This document shows positions 1 to 8,339 of a DNA stretch of 64,000 nt, in pieces. Origin of the DNA: a virus. The notes under the pieces were generated by a model. It did no database searches. It was not told the origin of the DNA and saw nothing but the letters and a program-made list of their open reading frames with translations. Within the stretch, counting starts at the first letter, position 1. Every line of letters begins with the position of its first letter. Made by a program: the position numbers and the translations under genes. The DNA is taken from positions 32,001 through 96,000 of the IMG/VR virus record IMGVR_UViG_3300043540_000091; one strand, given 5' to 3'.

Positions 1-10
1 ACAGAAAAGT

Positions 11-39
11 TTGACCGGAGGAATAGGTCGTGCGATACT
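11..39 (+). promoter_or_regulatory. sigma70-like promoter TTGACC-N17-GATACT with extended TG
   Basis: 17-nt spacer, TG at 31-32, upstream of RBS TAAGGAG and ATG 65. Confidence 0.55.
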
Positions 40-64
40 AGACCAAGGTAATAAGGAGAAAAGA

Positions 65-352
65 ATGAAGAACAAGAACATCACAAACGCTGCCTTGCAA
101 CGGTTCATCGAGCTGAAGGCCGAGATCAAACGTCTCGAGTCTGAGGTTGATGCCATCAAGAAGGACCTCGTTGCGACTGGTCCGTTTGAAACGGATCGCT
201 TCGTGGTGGACATCAAGTCCGTTACAAAGCATCTGACGATCGATGCGGATACGCTCTGCACGATCTTAGATCCTGCGTTCGTAGCACAGAACAACCTGAT
301 CAAGCAGATCTCGTATCCGCTGGTCCAGGTTCAGCCTAAGAAGGCTGCTTGA
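65..352 (+). CDS. hypothetical protein (N-terminal coiled coil)
   Basis: ORF 11..352; ATG at 65 follows TAAGGAG RBS. Confidence 0.75.
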   Translation: MKNKNITNAALQRFIELKAEIKRLESEVDAIKKDLVATGPFETDRFVVDIKSVTKHLTIDADTLCTILDPAFVAQNNLIKQISYPLVQVQPKKAA

Positions 353-362
353 TACCGAATTA

Positions 363-449
363 GGGAGTTACTGACGTCGTCAGCGGCGGTCCAGGACGGA
401 CTGCTAGTCCGAGATTAGACTCGGAGCCGGTGTAAGTCCGGACCTCCCA
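363..449 (+). ncRNA. tRNA-like structured element (possible degenerate tRNA-Ser GCT)
   Basis: GGGAG/CTCCC terminal stem, CGGA-CTGCTAG-TCCG arm with GCT centred in a 7-nt loop, long variable region, CCGG-TGTAAGT-CCGG T-like arm; non-canonical D arm and T loop. Confidence 0.35.
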
Positions 450-468
450 GCTTTTATAGGAGGATACC

Positions 469-804
469 GTGAGAGAACAGACGAAGGACTACACTTTCCT
501 CGAGGAGGTTACCACGGGCGTGGTAACTATTACACACCTCCCTGGAGGATTCGGGCAGAACAGCCAGAAGCTGGCTGAGCCGATCGAGATCATCAAGACG
601 GAGATCGTCGACGTCGGGAACGGACTTGATCGCCCGTTCAAGAGCTCGGGCTTGGCCGCCGAGATAATGCCTCAGCGCGTTCGCACGTGCCGGAGCTGCG
701 GCAAGACGCTGACGCCGGACCGTCACTTGAACTGCAAGAAATGCCTTCCCAAGCTTCCAGATGAACTGGACGGCCTCGAATACTGCGGAGTCTCAGGTGA
801 GTAA
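469..804 (+). CDS. hypothetical protein with C-terminal Zn finger
   Basis: AGGAGG RBS, GTG start; CRSC...CKKC cysteine pairs. Confidence 0.7.
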   Translation: MREQTKDYTFLEEVTTGVVTITHLPGGFGQNSQKLAEPIEIIKTEIVDVGNGLDRPFKSSGLAAEIMPQRVRTCRSCGKTLTPDRHLNCKKCLPKLPDELDGLEYCGVSGE

Positions 805-1027
805 AAAGATATTGATCGACCATCAGGCGCTCAAAAAGATCCAGGACATGGCAATCATCGAGTTCCACAACACTCGGCATACGCCGGAGGACTCGCGCGA
901 GACGCAGATCTTCCTCATCCTGAAGGGGTTCCATGCCTTCCTCGTGTCGCAGGGCATCGATCCTCAGTTCACCGTCAAACCGGCAAAGGACGAGCCAGGA
1001 GACTGCACTCCGCTCGATGACCTATGA
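797..1027 (+). CDS. hypothetical protein
   Basis: In-frame GTG at 797 within ORF 761..1027, GGAG upstream, ATGA overlap with next gene. Confidence 0.6.
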   Translation: MSKKILIDHQALKKIQDMAIIEFHNTRHTPEDSRETQIFLILKGFHAFLVSQGIDPQFTVKPAKDEPGDCTPLDDL

Positions 1028-1572
1028 AGGTCCTGTTCATCGGCTGCAATCCTTCGCTCAAGAACATCGATCCGAAGGTGCCTTTCGAGGGCACTCGCTC
1101 GGGCAAGGCGCTCGACGGATGGATCGCCAAACTTGGCCTTTCCAAGGACCAGGTGAGCTTCATGAACCTGACCAAGTATGCCACTCAGAATCAGGCCAAA
1201 CTGAAGAAGTCTGACGTCAACTTGGACCAGTTCAGGTTTGAGCTTGGCCTTAAGCTCATCGCCGCAGAACATGGTGAGGATCGCGCACTCAGCATGATCA
1301 TCTCGATGTACCAGTCTCAAGGCAAGCTAGATCTGCAGGCGCTCGGTCCGAATCCTCCAGAGCAGGTAGAGGCGGACCTTGCCGCCATCTCCTCGACTCC
1401 GCTGCCAAAAGTCGTCGTTCTTGGAGAGATGGCTTCCTGGGGTTTGTCCAAGGTCGGTGGGAGCCTCCCGCACTTCAAGCTTCCTCATCCGTCTGGACTC
1501 AACCATAAGCTCAACGATACCGGAGCTTTAGAGAACACACTTGCGAACTGTAAAGATTGGCTGTATAGTTGA
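1024..1572 (+). CDS. uracil-DNA glycosylase superfamily protein
   Basis: Motif A VLFIGCNPS, PFEGTRSGKAL, motif B LPHPSGLN. Confidence 0.75.
   Translation: MKVLFIGCNPSLKNIDPKVPFEGTRSGKALDGWIAKLGLSKDQVSFMNLTKYATQNQAKLKKSDVNLDQFRFELGLKLIAAEHGEDRALSMIISMYQSQGKLDLQALGPNPPEQVEADLAAISSTPLPKVVVLGEMASWGLSKVGGSLPHFKLPHPSGLNHKLNDTGALENTLANCKDWLYS
1541..1569 (+). promoter_or_regulatory. sigma70-like promoter TTGCGA-N17-TATAGT
   Basis: Canonical spacing, upstream of GGAGG RBS and ATG 1605. Confidence 0.5.
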
Positions 1573-1604
1573 CCAAAATGGTTAGTTTATCGTGGAGGTA
1601 AGGT

Positions 1605-2045
1605 ATGAGAGAAGTCCCGATCAGTCGATATCTGAACATGAACTTGGTCGACCTCCTGCGCAAGCTTGATGCGGTCGGAGAAACCAGCACCTACGCAACT
1701 AGAGTGTACCTCTCGCACGAGGACGCTGCCGTCCTGCGCCGCAACAACCGCCGCAAGATACGCTCTCAGATGAAGTATGCCTCCAAGAAGGCCGTAGACC
1801 ACGCGATCGGCATGGACTGGCTCAACCATGGTCCCAATACGTCCCTTGGCAAGTCGATACGCCCAGGATGGGCGCTCGTCGACGATGACGGTATCCGCAC
1901 AGACAAGTTCGTGGAACGAGTACGTAAGGCCATCGAAGAGAAGCTTGAGGAACCACAGCCGCCGACGTTGAAGGAACGACTGCTCGCATTCTTCGAGAAG
2001 CACTTCATCTTCAGAGGACCACATGAAACTGCCGGAGAGGGTTAG
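1605..2045 (+). CDS. hypothetical protein
   Basis: 146-aa ORF with GGAGG RBS. Confidence 0.7.
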   Translation: MREVPISRYLNMNLVDLLRKLDAVGETSTYATRVYLSHEDAAVLRRNNRRKIRSQMKYASKKAVDHAIGMDWLNHGPNTSLGKSIRPGWALVDDDGIRTDKFVERVRKAIEEKLEEPQPPTLKERLLAFFEKHFIFRGPHETAGEG

Positions 2046-2355
2046 GATAGCGGTAGACGTGCTACATCATCTCAAGACCGCTACCGGTGGACAGCCGCAG
2101 AAGGTCAGAGATCTGGCCGTCATCGTTGATACTTCTGAGAACTTCCTGCATCAAGTTGTCGCCAAGCTTGGCGCTGCCAAGAAGATATCTGTCATCAAAG
2201 GTCCCAAGGGCGGCGTTGCACCGGCATTGTCAGACGTGAACCTACTTCAGGTATATCAAGTGTTTGGGTACATGAACGAGGAGATCGCTGGAAGCATGCC
2301 GAGTTCTGACATCGAGAGGAAGCTCCGGTCTGTGCTTGAAAACATTGTTCTGTGA
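2023..2355 (+). CDS. Rrf2-family winged-helix transcriptional regulator
   Basis: AVDVLHHL...DLA...TSENFLHQVVAKL...IKGPKGG matches the Rrf2 pattern; no Fe-S cysteines. Confidence 0.8.
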   Translation: MKLPERVRIAVDVLHHLKTATGGQPQKVRDLAVIVDTSENFLHQVVAKLGAAKKISVIKGPKGGVAPALSDVNLLQVYQVFGYMNEEIAGSMPSSDIERKLRSVLENIVL

Positions 2356-2364
2356 TGCTAGACT
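2336..2364 (+). promoter_or_regulatory. sigma70-like promoter TTGAAA-N17-TAGACT with extended TG
   Basis: Canonical spacing upstream of AGGAGAGG RBS and ATG 2399. Confidence 0.55.
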
Positions 2365-2398
2365 TAGGTTATAAATCAAGCTTCAAAGGAGAGGTTAC

Positions 2399-3058
2399 AT
2401 GAAGAAGATCTTGGCAATCGTACTGACGCTCACGCTGGCAGGGTGTCCTGGCCGCAAGGAGACGGTGACGATCTATGACGGCACGAACGGTGCTCCTGGC
2501 GCTGACGGAACGAATGGAAACGATGGAGCCTCGTGCTCGGCGACTCAACTGCCCGAAGGCGTGCGTATCACATGCGGCAGTAGCGTTGCCTACGTGTATA
2601 ACGGCACGAACGGCACGAACGGGACCAACGGAACGAACGGCACGTCGTGCAGCATCTCGAACGCCAACGGCGGAGCGATGATCACATGCGGCGGTACCAG
2701 CCAGATGATCTACGACGGAAGAGACGGAGCGGTCGGTCCTGCCGGTCCCGCCGGACCGCAAGGCCAGCCAGGTCAGAATGCTCTCGCGAACGCGATCGGT
2801 ATCGAGGGATACATCTATCTGTGCGGAATCAACTTCAGTAACGACGAGATCTTCCTGCGACTCACGGACGGAAAGATCCTTGCACTGTACGACGGTGGAG
2901 CTAACCAGGACCGTCTCGTACTTCTTGCGCCTGGTAACTACATCACGACCGACGACAATAACCAGAACCAAGCATGCCACTTCTCCGTGTCGAGCGACGC
3001 ACGACCGAAGGTCACGAGCGCATCGGGATGGCCTGCTTCCACAGGATTGGTGCAGTAA
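2399..3058 (+). CDS. lipoprotein with collagen-like / GTN repeats
   Basis: MKK + hydrophobic stretch + lipobox LAGC; (GTN)n and G-X-Y repeats GPAGPAGPQGQPG. Confidence 0.8.
   Translation: MKKILAIVLTLTLAGCPGRKETVTIYDGTNGAPGADGTNGNDGASCSATQLPEGVRITCGSSVAYVYNGTNGTNGTNGTNGTSCSISNANGGAMITCGGTSQMIYDGRDGAVGPAGPAGPQGQPGQNALANAIGIEGYIYLCGINFSNDEIFLRLTDGKILALYDGGANQDRLVLLAPGNYITTDDNNQNQACHFSVSSDARPKVTSASGWPASTGLVQ
2599..2646 (+). repeat. 9-bp tandem repeat AACGGNACN encoding (NGT)5
   Basis: aacggcacg aacggcacg aacgggacc aacggaacg aacggcacg. Confidence 0.8.
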
Positions 3059-3579
3059 TGAAAACACTCATCGCCATCATCATGATCCTACTACCCGCAT
3101 ACTCGTTCGGATCTGAGTCTTGCCAAACTCAACCTGGCGAGGAAGTCGTTCAAGAGAAGATGGTCATCGACACCAAGGTTCCAGAGAACCTGAAGGGAGC
3201 TACGATCATCGTTCGTACGGCTGACGGCAAAGAAGAAGCCATGCCGGTCGAGAAGTTCAAGGTCGTACCTCGCAAGCAGCAGTATGTCGTGACCAAGGTC
3301 AAGCAACAGGTCTTCACGACGTGCAACGAGGCTCCCAAGGTTGAGACCGTGGTCGTTACCAAGGTCAAGACCTACAAGAATCGGATCAGCCTTCTGGCAG
3401 GTGAAGGTCCTAACAAGAACGTGGACATAACCCGCTCAGGAAGCTCGGTCACGATGGAGTCGAAGTCCGGCGCGGACGGCGGGATTCAGTATCAGAGATC
3501 CCTCACCGAGCGCCTGAACGTAGGCGTGCAGCTTCAGACCAACGAGACTGGCCTTCTCAGTGTAGGCCTGGACTTCTAG
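3058..3579 (+). CDS. secreted / outer-membrane-type protein
   Basis: TAATG coupling to upstream gene; signal peptide MKTLIAIIMILLPAYSFG; C-terminal amphipathic beta strands ending in Phe (LSVGLDF). Confidence 0.7.
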   Translation: MKTLIAIIMILLPAYSFGSESCQTQPGEEVVQEKMVIDTKVPENLKGATIIVRTADGKEEAMPVEKFKVVPRKQQYVVTKVKQQVFTTCNEAPKVETVVVTKVKTYKNRISLLAGEGPNKNVDITRSGSSVTMESKSGADGGIQYQRSLTERLNVGVQLQTNETGLLSVGLDF

Positions 3580-3589
3580 TCTATAAAGC

Positions 3590-3625
3590 AGAAGGGCCGG
3601 TCACCATACGGCAACCAGCCCTTCT
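3590..3625. terminator. hairpin between convergent genes, probable bidirectional terminator
   Basis: AGAAGGGC...GCCCTTCT inverted repeat between stops at 3579 and 3651. Confidence 0.55.
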
Positions 3626-3650
3626 TCGATCATTCTATTATTATAAGGTA

Positions 3651-4127
3651 TTAGGTGCCATCGTCCAAGTTGGCGGAGCTTCCACCCTCGTCGTCTCCGC
3701 CATCGCGTATGCCGAACTCGTCCTCACCACGGATGCCGATGATGTCAATGCGGATGTCCGAGACGCCGCGAGCAGCGACGCCTGACGACCAGCCCTGAAC
3801 GCGACAGCCGACTGCGGTGAAGATGGTCTTGTTCGTCTGACGATCCAAGATCGCAATCGAGAAGTCTTCTTCAGACAGTAGGTTCTTCAACAGCGTAGCA
3901 TTGGCGACCTTGTAAGGACCAGCGTCAACGACACGGTATCCGGTCAGAGACAACTGCACCGGTTCCTGAGTCGTTGGGATGATCTCTGCGGGGTTGTAGC
4001 GCCCAAGGATGAACGCCGGGTCTTTACCCTGACGAATGGACCAAGTACATTGGCTGAACAAACCGACGGGGTTCCCGTTCACCAGAACCTTCGCTCGCGC
4101 ACCTGTTAAGATCTTTGCCTTTGCCAT
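3651..4127 (-). CDS. tail tube protein
   Basis: 158 aa directly after sheath; ILTGARAKV...ILGRYNPAEI pattern typical of myovirus tube proteins. Confidence 0.8.
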   Translation of the reverse strand: MAKAKILTGARAKVLVNGNPVGLFSQCTWSIRQGKDPAFILGRYNPAEIIPTTQEPVQLSLTGYRVVDAGPYKVANATLLKNLLSEEDFSIAILDRQTNKTIFTAVGCRVQGWSSGVAARGVSDIRIDIIGIRGEDEFGIRDGGDDEGGSSANLDDGT

Positions 4128-4139
4128 TTCAGTCTCCCA

Positions 4140-6908
4140 TTACTGCTGAGTGGCCGTCTGCTCTACCTGGCTGGCCAGGAGAGAGATCGGGACGAAGTAG
4201 ATCAGACCGGCCAGCTTGATCTCGCAAGAGATTACCAGGGCGCCGCCCTGCAGATTCGCAGTGGCGTTCTTGTAACCTTTCGGAGCATCGTCGGAAGCGG
4301 CGATCCAGCGCAGGCGCTTGAAGTTGAACATCTGGGCTTCCAGGATGCTCAGAGCAGCTGCTGCGGTGATCTCCGCGACAGACTTACCGACCACCAAGCG
4401 ATCGAACTGATCAATCAAGGTGAGCGTGATCAAGTCGGAAACATACACGGCCTGAAGGCTGTTGTACACGAAGTTGTTGTCCACAGAGTAGGTCGTCTGG
4501 TCCGATACCCAACGGAATCCGCCGGTCGGAACCTTCTCGAGGAATAGCAAGCCTGCCTTGAGAGCATCCTTGCGGTCACCAGGAGATGACGGGTCCCATC
4601 CATCCACCGCGCCGATGCCGCCGCAGTTCGCGAACTTCTTGACGATGCCCTTGTATCCAGCGGCAGCGGACATACCAGCAGCATCGACAGCGGACATCCA
4701 CGGTTGGAACATCTTGTTGTTGCCCTGCGAGTCCTGAGCCTTGAACGGCTGGAATGCGAGTCCGATGCGGTACGCTGCCAAGATACCGGCCTCTTCTTTA
4801 CAAGCGGCATACGGAGCTTGGATCGAGCAGATACCTTGACGATTCGCACGCATCTCGATCTGGCTCATCTTGTTGATGTGCGACTTGAGATACTCGTTCA
4901 CGGCGTCGACGGTGTACGTCGAGCTTGACTCGGTCTCTTCCAGAGCGATGTCCTGATCGGCGTCGACAGACACCAGAGGAACGATGAAGTTCGTGGTGAG
5001 CTTCTCGCAGGCGTCGATGGCCGTGGTGAACGCGGCGGACGAGGTTCCGTTCTTAGCTCCATTCGCCAAGAACTGAGCGTTGTCCATTGCTTCAGGCAAG
5101 CCCGACTGCTCGACAGTCCAGCCAACTAAACCATCTGCGTTGACAGCTGACGACCAGGAGTTTGCATCTGCCTTGATGCGAGCGTTCTTATGAGAAGCGA
5201 GACCAGAGGCGAGGTAGGTGTTCTCGTCAAGAGCCGAGGGAGCTACGGCGTTGAAGCGAGCCGACGTCACCTGAGCGGACCAACCGGTCTGCGAGCTGAT
5301 GTAGTTCGCCAAGTCAGCCATGATCTTGAACTGCTTGTAGGTGCAGCTAAAGATGATGTTTGCGTCGACCTTGAAGTCGATCTGAGTCGGACCAACCACG
5401 ATGCTCGCGTTGTCGGAGATACAACCGACCTCGAGGATAACGTCGCCGCCTGCCTTGTAAGCGTTCGACACGTTGCCCTTGGCGATAGTCATCTGGTTGA
5501 CATACTCAGCGCCGCTGATCAAGCGACTGTTGGAGAGTCCCATGTCGTTTCCACCGGCATCCAACCACACTGCGCTGACATCGCCCTCGATGGACAGCGT
5601 CTTGCCAGTTCCGGTCTTCTGAGCGGCCATCACGACCAACGGTTCAGATCCAGACGAATAAGCATGAAAAGCGGTACCAGTGCCTGACGAACCTTCGCTT
5701 ACGCGAGTGGCTGACAGGGTAGTAGCCGTTGAAGCCGTGATCTGATAGAATCCAGGCTGAACGGTTCCGAAGGCCGATGCGATGGCCATCATGTCGCCAG
5801 CTTTAGGATTGGCGTTCCAAGACTTGCTCGGAGGAGTTTGGATCTGGATGTTTGAACCGTCGTTCAAGAGGATCGAGTAGGTCCCGAACACATCCTGCAT
5901 AGATTGACGAGCGTCACCCGACACGTTCTTGACTTCGATCTGACTGTAGAGGACCAGGTCATTCAGGTCAGAAGAAGCCGATCCGGATGCTGCCACGAGA
6001 GCGGCAGTCGACGAGATCCTCTTAAGGGTGAGGACAGCCGACGTGATCGTGTTCACCACAGACTCAACGACGTATGTACCGACGTTAGCATGAGCGTTTC
6101 CAGAGATGGCCGAGTTCTGAGCAGCGCCGTAGTCACCGTTTGCGGGGATGACTGCGGTGTCACCGATGACCGGAGCGTTGGCCCACTGACTTCCAGACTG
6201 GAGAGTCACGGTGAGAGTATCCGCATCCACGACAGCTGCAGTCAAGCTCAGGCCGGAGGACGGGATGACAAGCTTGCGGTTACCGCCGTTTGCTTGGATT
6301 CCAAGAGAGATGGATTCCAGCGCAGCGACGAGAGCGTCCGGAGCTTGCTTGGGAGTGATGGTCACGTTCAGCTTGCTTCCGCCGTTTGCACGAAGAGCGA
6401 GCGTGGTCGATCCAGTCAAGCGAGGAGCGTACGTGAACAAGCTGGTAGTCGGAGCTATCTCGGCTTGCGAGACGTCAGACTTATAGGTGATGAGGTTACC
6501 AGGAGCGCCCTGGCGCTTAGCCTTAGCAGAAGCGTACTCGGGCTGGCCCTTCTTATCCAAGGACAGAGCAGCGGAGGCGGCGCTCGACATGTTGGTCTTG
6601 ATCATGCGGACCAAGGTAACACCGCCCAAGATGTTAGGATCGTTGGCGGCTGAGATCACCTTTGCGAACGCGTCAACCAGGCGGCCAGAGCCGTACTTGG
6701 CGACAACGCGACCGTATTGGTCGGGAGTATATGCGACCTGGGACAGGTCAGACTCATCAAGGAAGCCAGGACCTTCGTCCGCTTCGCCGATAAGAGTAAC
6801 CACACCAGCCGAGGCTGAGTTCCCTTGCCCTGACTGAACGGTCAGCGACACATATGTGCCAGGATCGATCAGCGTGATACCGTCTTGTGTAGTATAAGCC
6901 TGAGCCAT
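4140..6908 (-). CDS. contractile tail sheath protein (long, with inserted domains)
   Basis: N-terminal PGTYV...LIGEADEGP; C-terminal sheath core (FRWVSDQTTY; GGALVISCEI...YFVPI). Confidence 0.9.
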   Translation of the reverse strand: MAQAYTTQDGITLIDPGTYVSLTVQSGQGNSASAGVVTLIGEADEGPGFLDESDLSQVAYTPDQYGRVVAKYGSGRLVDAFAKVISAANDPNILGGVTLVRMIKTNMSSAASAALSLDKKGQPEYASAKAKRQGAPGNLITYKSDVSQAEIAPTTSLFTYAPRLTGSTTLALRANGGSKLNVTITPKQAPDALVAALESISLGIQANGGNRKLVIPSSGLSLTAAVVDADTLTVTLQSGSQWANAPVIGDTAVIPANGDYGAAQNSAISGNAHANVGTYVVESVVNTITSAVLTLKRISSTAALVAASGSASSDLNDLVLYSQIEVKNVSGDARQSMQDVFGTYSILLNDGSNIQIQTPPSKSWNANPKAGDMMAIASAFGTVQPGFYQITASTATTLSATRVSEGSSGTGTAFHAYSSGSEPLVVMAAQKTGTGKTLSIEGDVSAVWLDAGGNDMGLSNSRLISGAEYVNQMTIAKGNVSNAYKAGGDVILEVGCISDNASIVVGPTQIDFKVDANIIFSCTYKQFKIMADLANYISSQTGWSAQVTSARFNAVAPSALDENTYLASGLASHKNARIKADANSWSSAVNADGLVGWTVEQSGLPEAMDNAQFLANGAKNGTSSAAFTTAIDACEKLTTNFIVPLVSVDADQDIALEETESSSTYTVDAVNEYLKSHINKMSQIEMRANRQGICSIQAPYAACKEEAGILAAYRIGLAFQPFKAQDSQGNNKMFQPWMSAVDAAGMSAAAGYKGIVKKFANCGGIGAVDGWDPSSPGDRKDALKAGLLFLEKVPTGGFRWVSDQTTYSVDNNFVYNSLQAVYVSDLITLTLIDQFDRLVVGKSVAEITAAAALSILEAQMFNFKRLRWIAASDDAPKGYKNATANLQGGALVISCEIKLAGLIYFVPISLLASQVEQTATQQ

Positions 6909-6933
6909 TTACGCTACCTCCAAATCACCAGAT

Positions 6934-6941
6934 AGATTAGG
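6934..6941 (-). promoter_or_regulatory. putative late promoter CCTAATCT
   Basis: Exact 8-mer upstream of sheath gene, overlapping the upstream TAA stop. Confidence 0.65.
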
Positions 6942-7194
6942 TTCTGAACCCGAAGTCTTTCAAACCTTGATCGAACTTCTTGTAGTCCATAAACCCTCTA
7001 GACTCAAAGTGCCGCTTGATGGCAGCTTTCAGATCTTGGTTGAGATTATATTTAGTCGCAGTACGAATCCACCAAGCATCGAAGGAGATCGGGATCGACA
7101 CGGGCGCTGGAGTTACGGGAGCACGCTCCGGCGCTGCATCTTCCTGACCTACGACGATGACTTCGTCAACCATACCTTTACGTTTCGAGTTCAT
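6937..7194 (-). CDS. small virion-region protein
   Basis: 85-aa ORF in late gene run, upstream of sheath. Confidence 0.7.
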   Translation of the reverse strand: MNSKRKGMVDEVIVVGQEDAAPERAPVTPAPVSIPISFDAWWIRTATKYNLNQDLKAAIKRHFESRGFMDYKKFDQGLKDFGFRT

Positions 7195-7195
7195 C

Positions 7196-8302
7196 TTAGC
7201 GTCCTTCCATCTTCTTGGACTTCTTAGGTTCCCAAGGCTTCTTGAGATCTTCTTTGATCTCTTCCTTGCTCATACGTATACCAGCCGGTTTAGCTGGCAT
7301 CTTTGGAGCTGCCATGGCAGGCTTCGGAGCAGCCGGAGCTGGCGCGGGAGCGGCCATTGCCTTGGTCAACTCTTCAAACTTGGCAGGCTCGTTCTTGGCA
7401 AGATCGATTAGATCTTTGGCTGCCTTGATGATCTCTGCTTTGTTCATGGGTTTCTTCTCGTCGGCGGACATACCTGCCTCCTTGTTCTCTTCAGATCGCG
7501 CTTGTGATGGATCGTGTAAGGTGCGAAGATGCGCGAGCATCGCACGCTGGCGTTCTGGGGTATCCAAGATCTTCATGGCATGACCGATCGTGTCGGCATG
7601 CTCAGATACATCATGAGCCTTGTCCTGCGGGCTGTTAGGCGCATGAGGCATATCGTCCTTCTTGACCTCGGACAGAGCCAAGCCCATCTCGGATGTTTTT
7701 TCCATTTCCTTCTCGGCCTTGGGCAGATTGGGCTTAGGCATTTCTTTAAGTTCTGCCAGCTTGTCCTTGTGCTGTTCCTTCGCCCAAGCGTTTGTCTTAG
7801 CGCTTGCGCCGCCAGGTGCCATGTGAGCTCCGACGCTTGAAGTTCCAGTCTTATGGCTTGCTCCGAAGTGAGCTTCGTGAACGCCCTTCTGTTTGCCCTT
7901 CTCGCCCTTTTCCATCTCAGCCTTGGGGAGGTTCGGCTTAGGAGCTTGCTTCATGTGAGCGAGACGGTCAGCAGCATCTTCCTTGGCCGATGACATGTAC
8001 TGCGCCGGTTCACGGACCTTCGTACCCATCGAGGATTGACCGGCTGGACGGCGCGGATCTTGATGGTTGATGCCGAAGTGATGAGAACGATTGGGATCAT
8101 TGTTGGTTATGAAGTTGCCGCCATGCTTGTCAGGGCCTATGTTACGCTTCCACTTCTCGTGGTGCGCGGCAGACGCCATGGACTTGCGACGTGCCTGTTC
8201 TTCTTTCGGAATAGCCTTGCCAAGTTCTTGAAATTGCTCAGGGTTTTCCTTAGCAGCCTTCAAGAGTCCCTTCGCTTGTTGAATAGCCTTATCTCTGCTC
8301 AC
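7196..8302 (-). CDS. low-complexity putative head/internal protein with repeated K[A/S]E and PKPNLPKAE motifs
   Basis: GTG start with AGGAG RBS; two PKPNLPKAE copies; related N- and C-terminal helices (AKGLLKAAKENPEQFQELGKA / AKDLIDLAKNEPAKFEELTKA). Confidence 0.75.
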   Translation of the reverse strand: MSRDKAIQQAKGLLKAAKENPEQFQELGKAIPKEEQARRKSMASAAHHEKWKRNIGPDKHGGNFITNNDPNRSHHFGINHQDPRRPAGQSSMGTKVREPAQYMSSAKEDAADRLAHMKQAPKPNLPKAEMEKGEKGKQKGVHEAHFGASHKTGTSSVGAHMAPGGASAKTNAWAKEQHKDKLAELKEMPKPNLPKAEKEMEKTSEMGLALSEVKKDDMPHAPNSPQDKAHDVSEHADTIGHAMKILDTPERQRAMLAHLRTLHDPSQARSEENKEAGMSADEKKPMNKAEIIKAAKDLIDLAKNEPAKFEELTKAMAAPAPAPAAPKPAMAAPKMPAKPAGIRMSKEEIKEDLKKPWEPKKSKKMEGR

Positions 8303-8327
8303 CGTGCAATTCTCCTAACTGATCGAA

Positions 8328-8335
8328 AGATTAGG
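8328..8335 (-). promoter_or_regulatory. putative late promoter CCTAATCT
   Basis: Exact 8-mer in the intergenic gap upstream of 8302. Confidence 0.65.
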
Positions 8336-8339
8336 TTAT

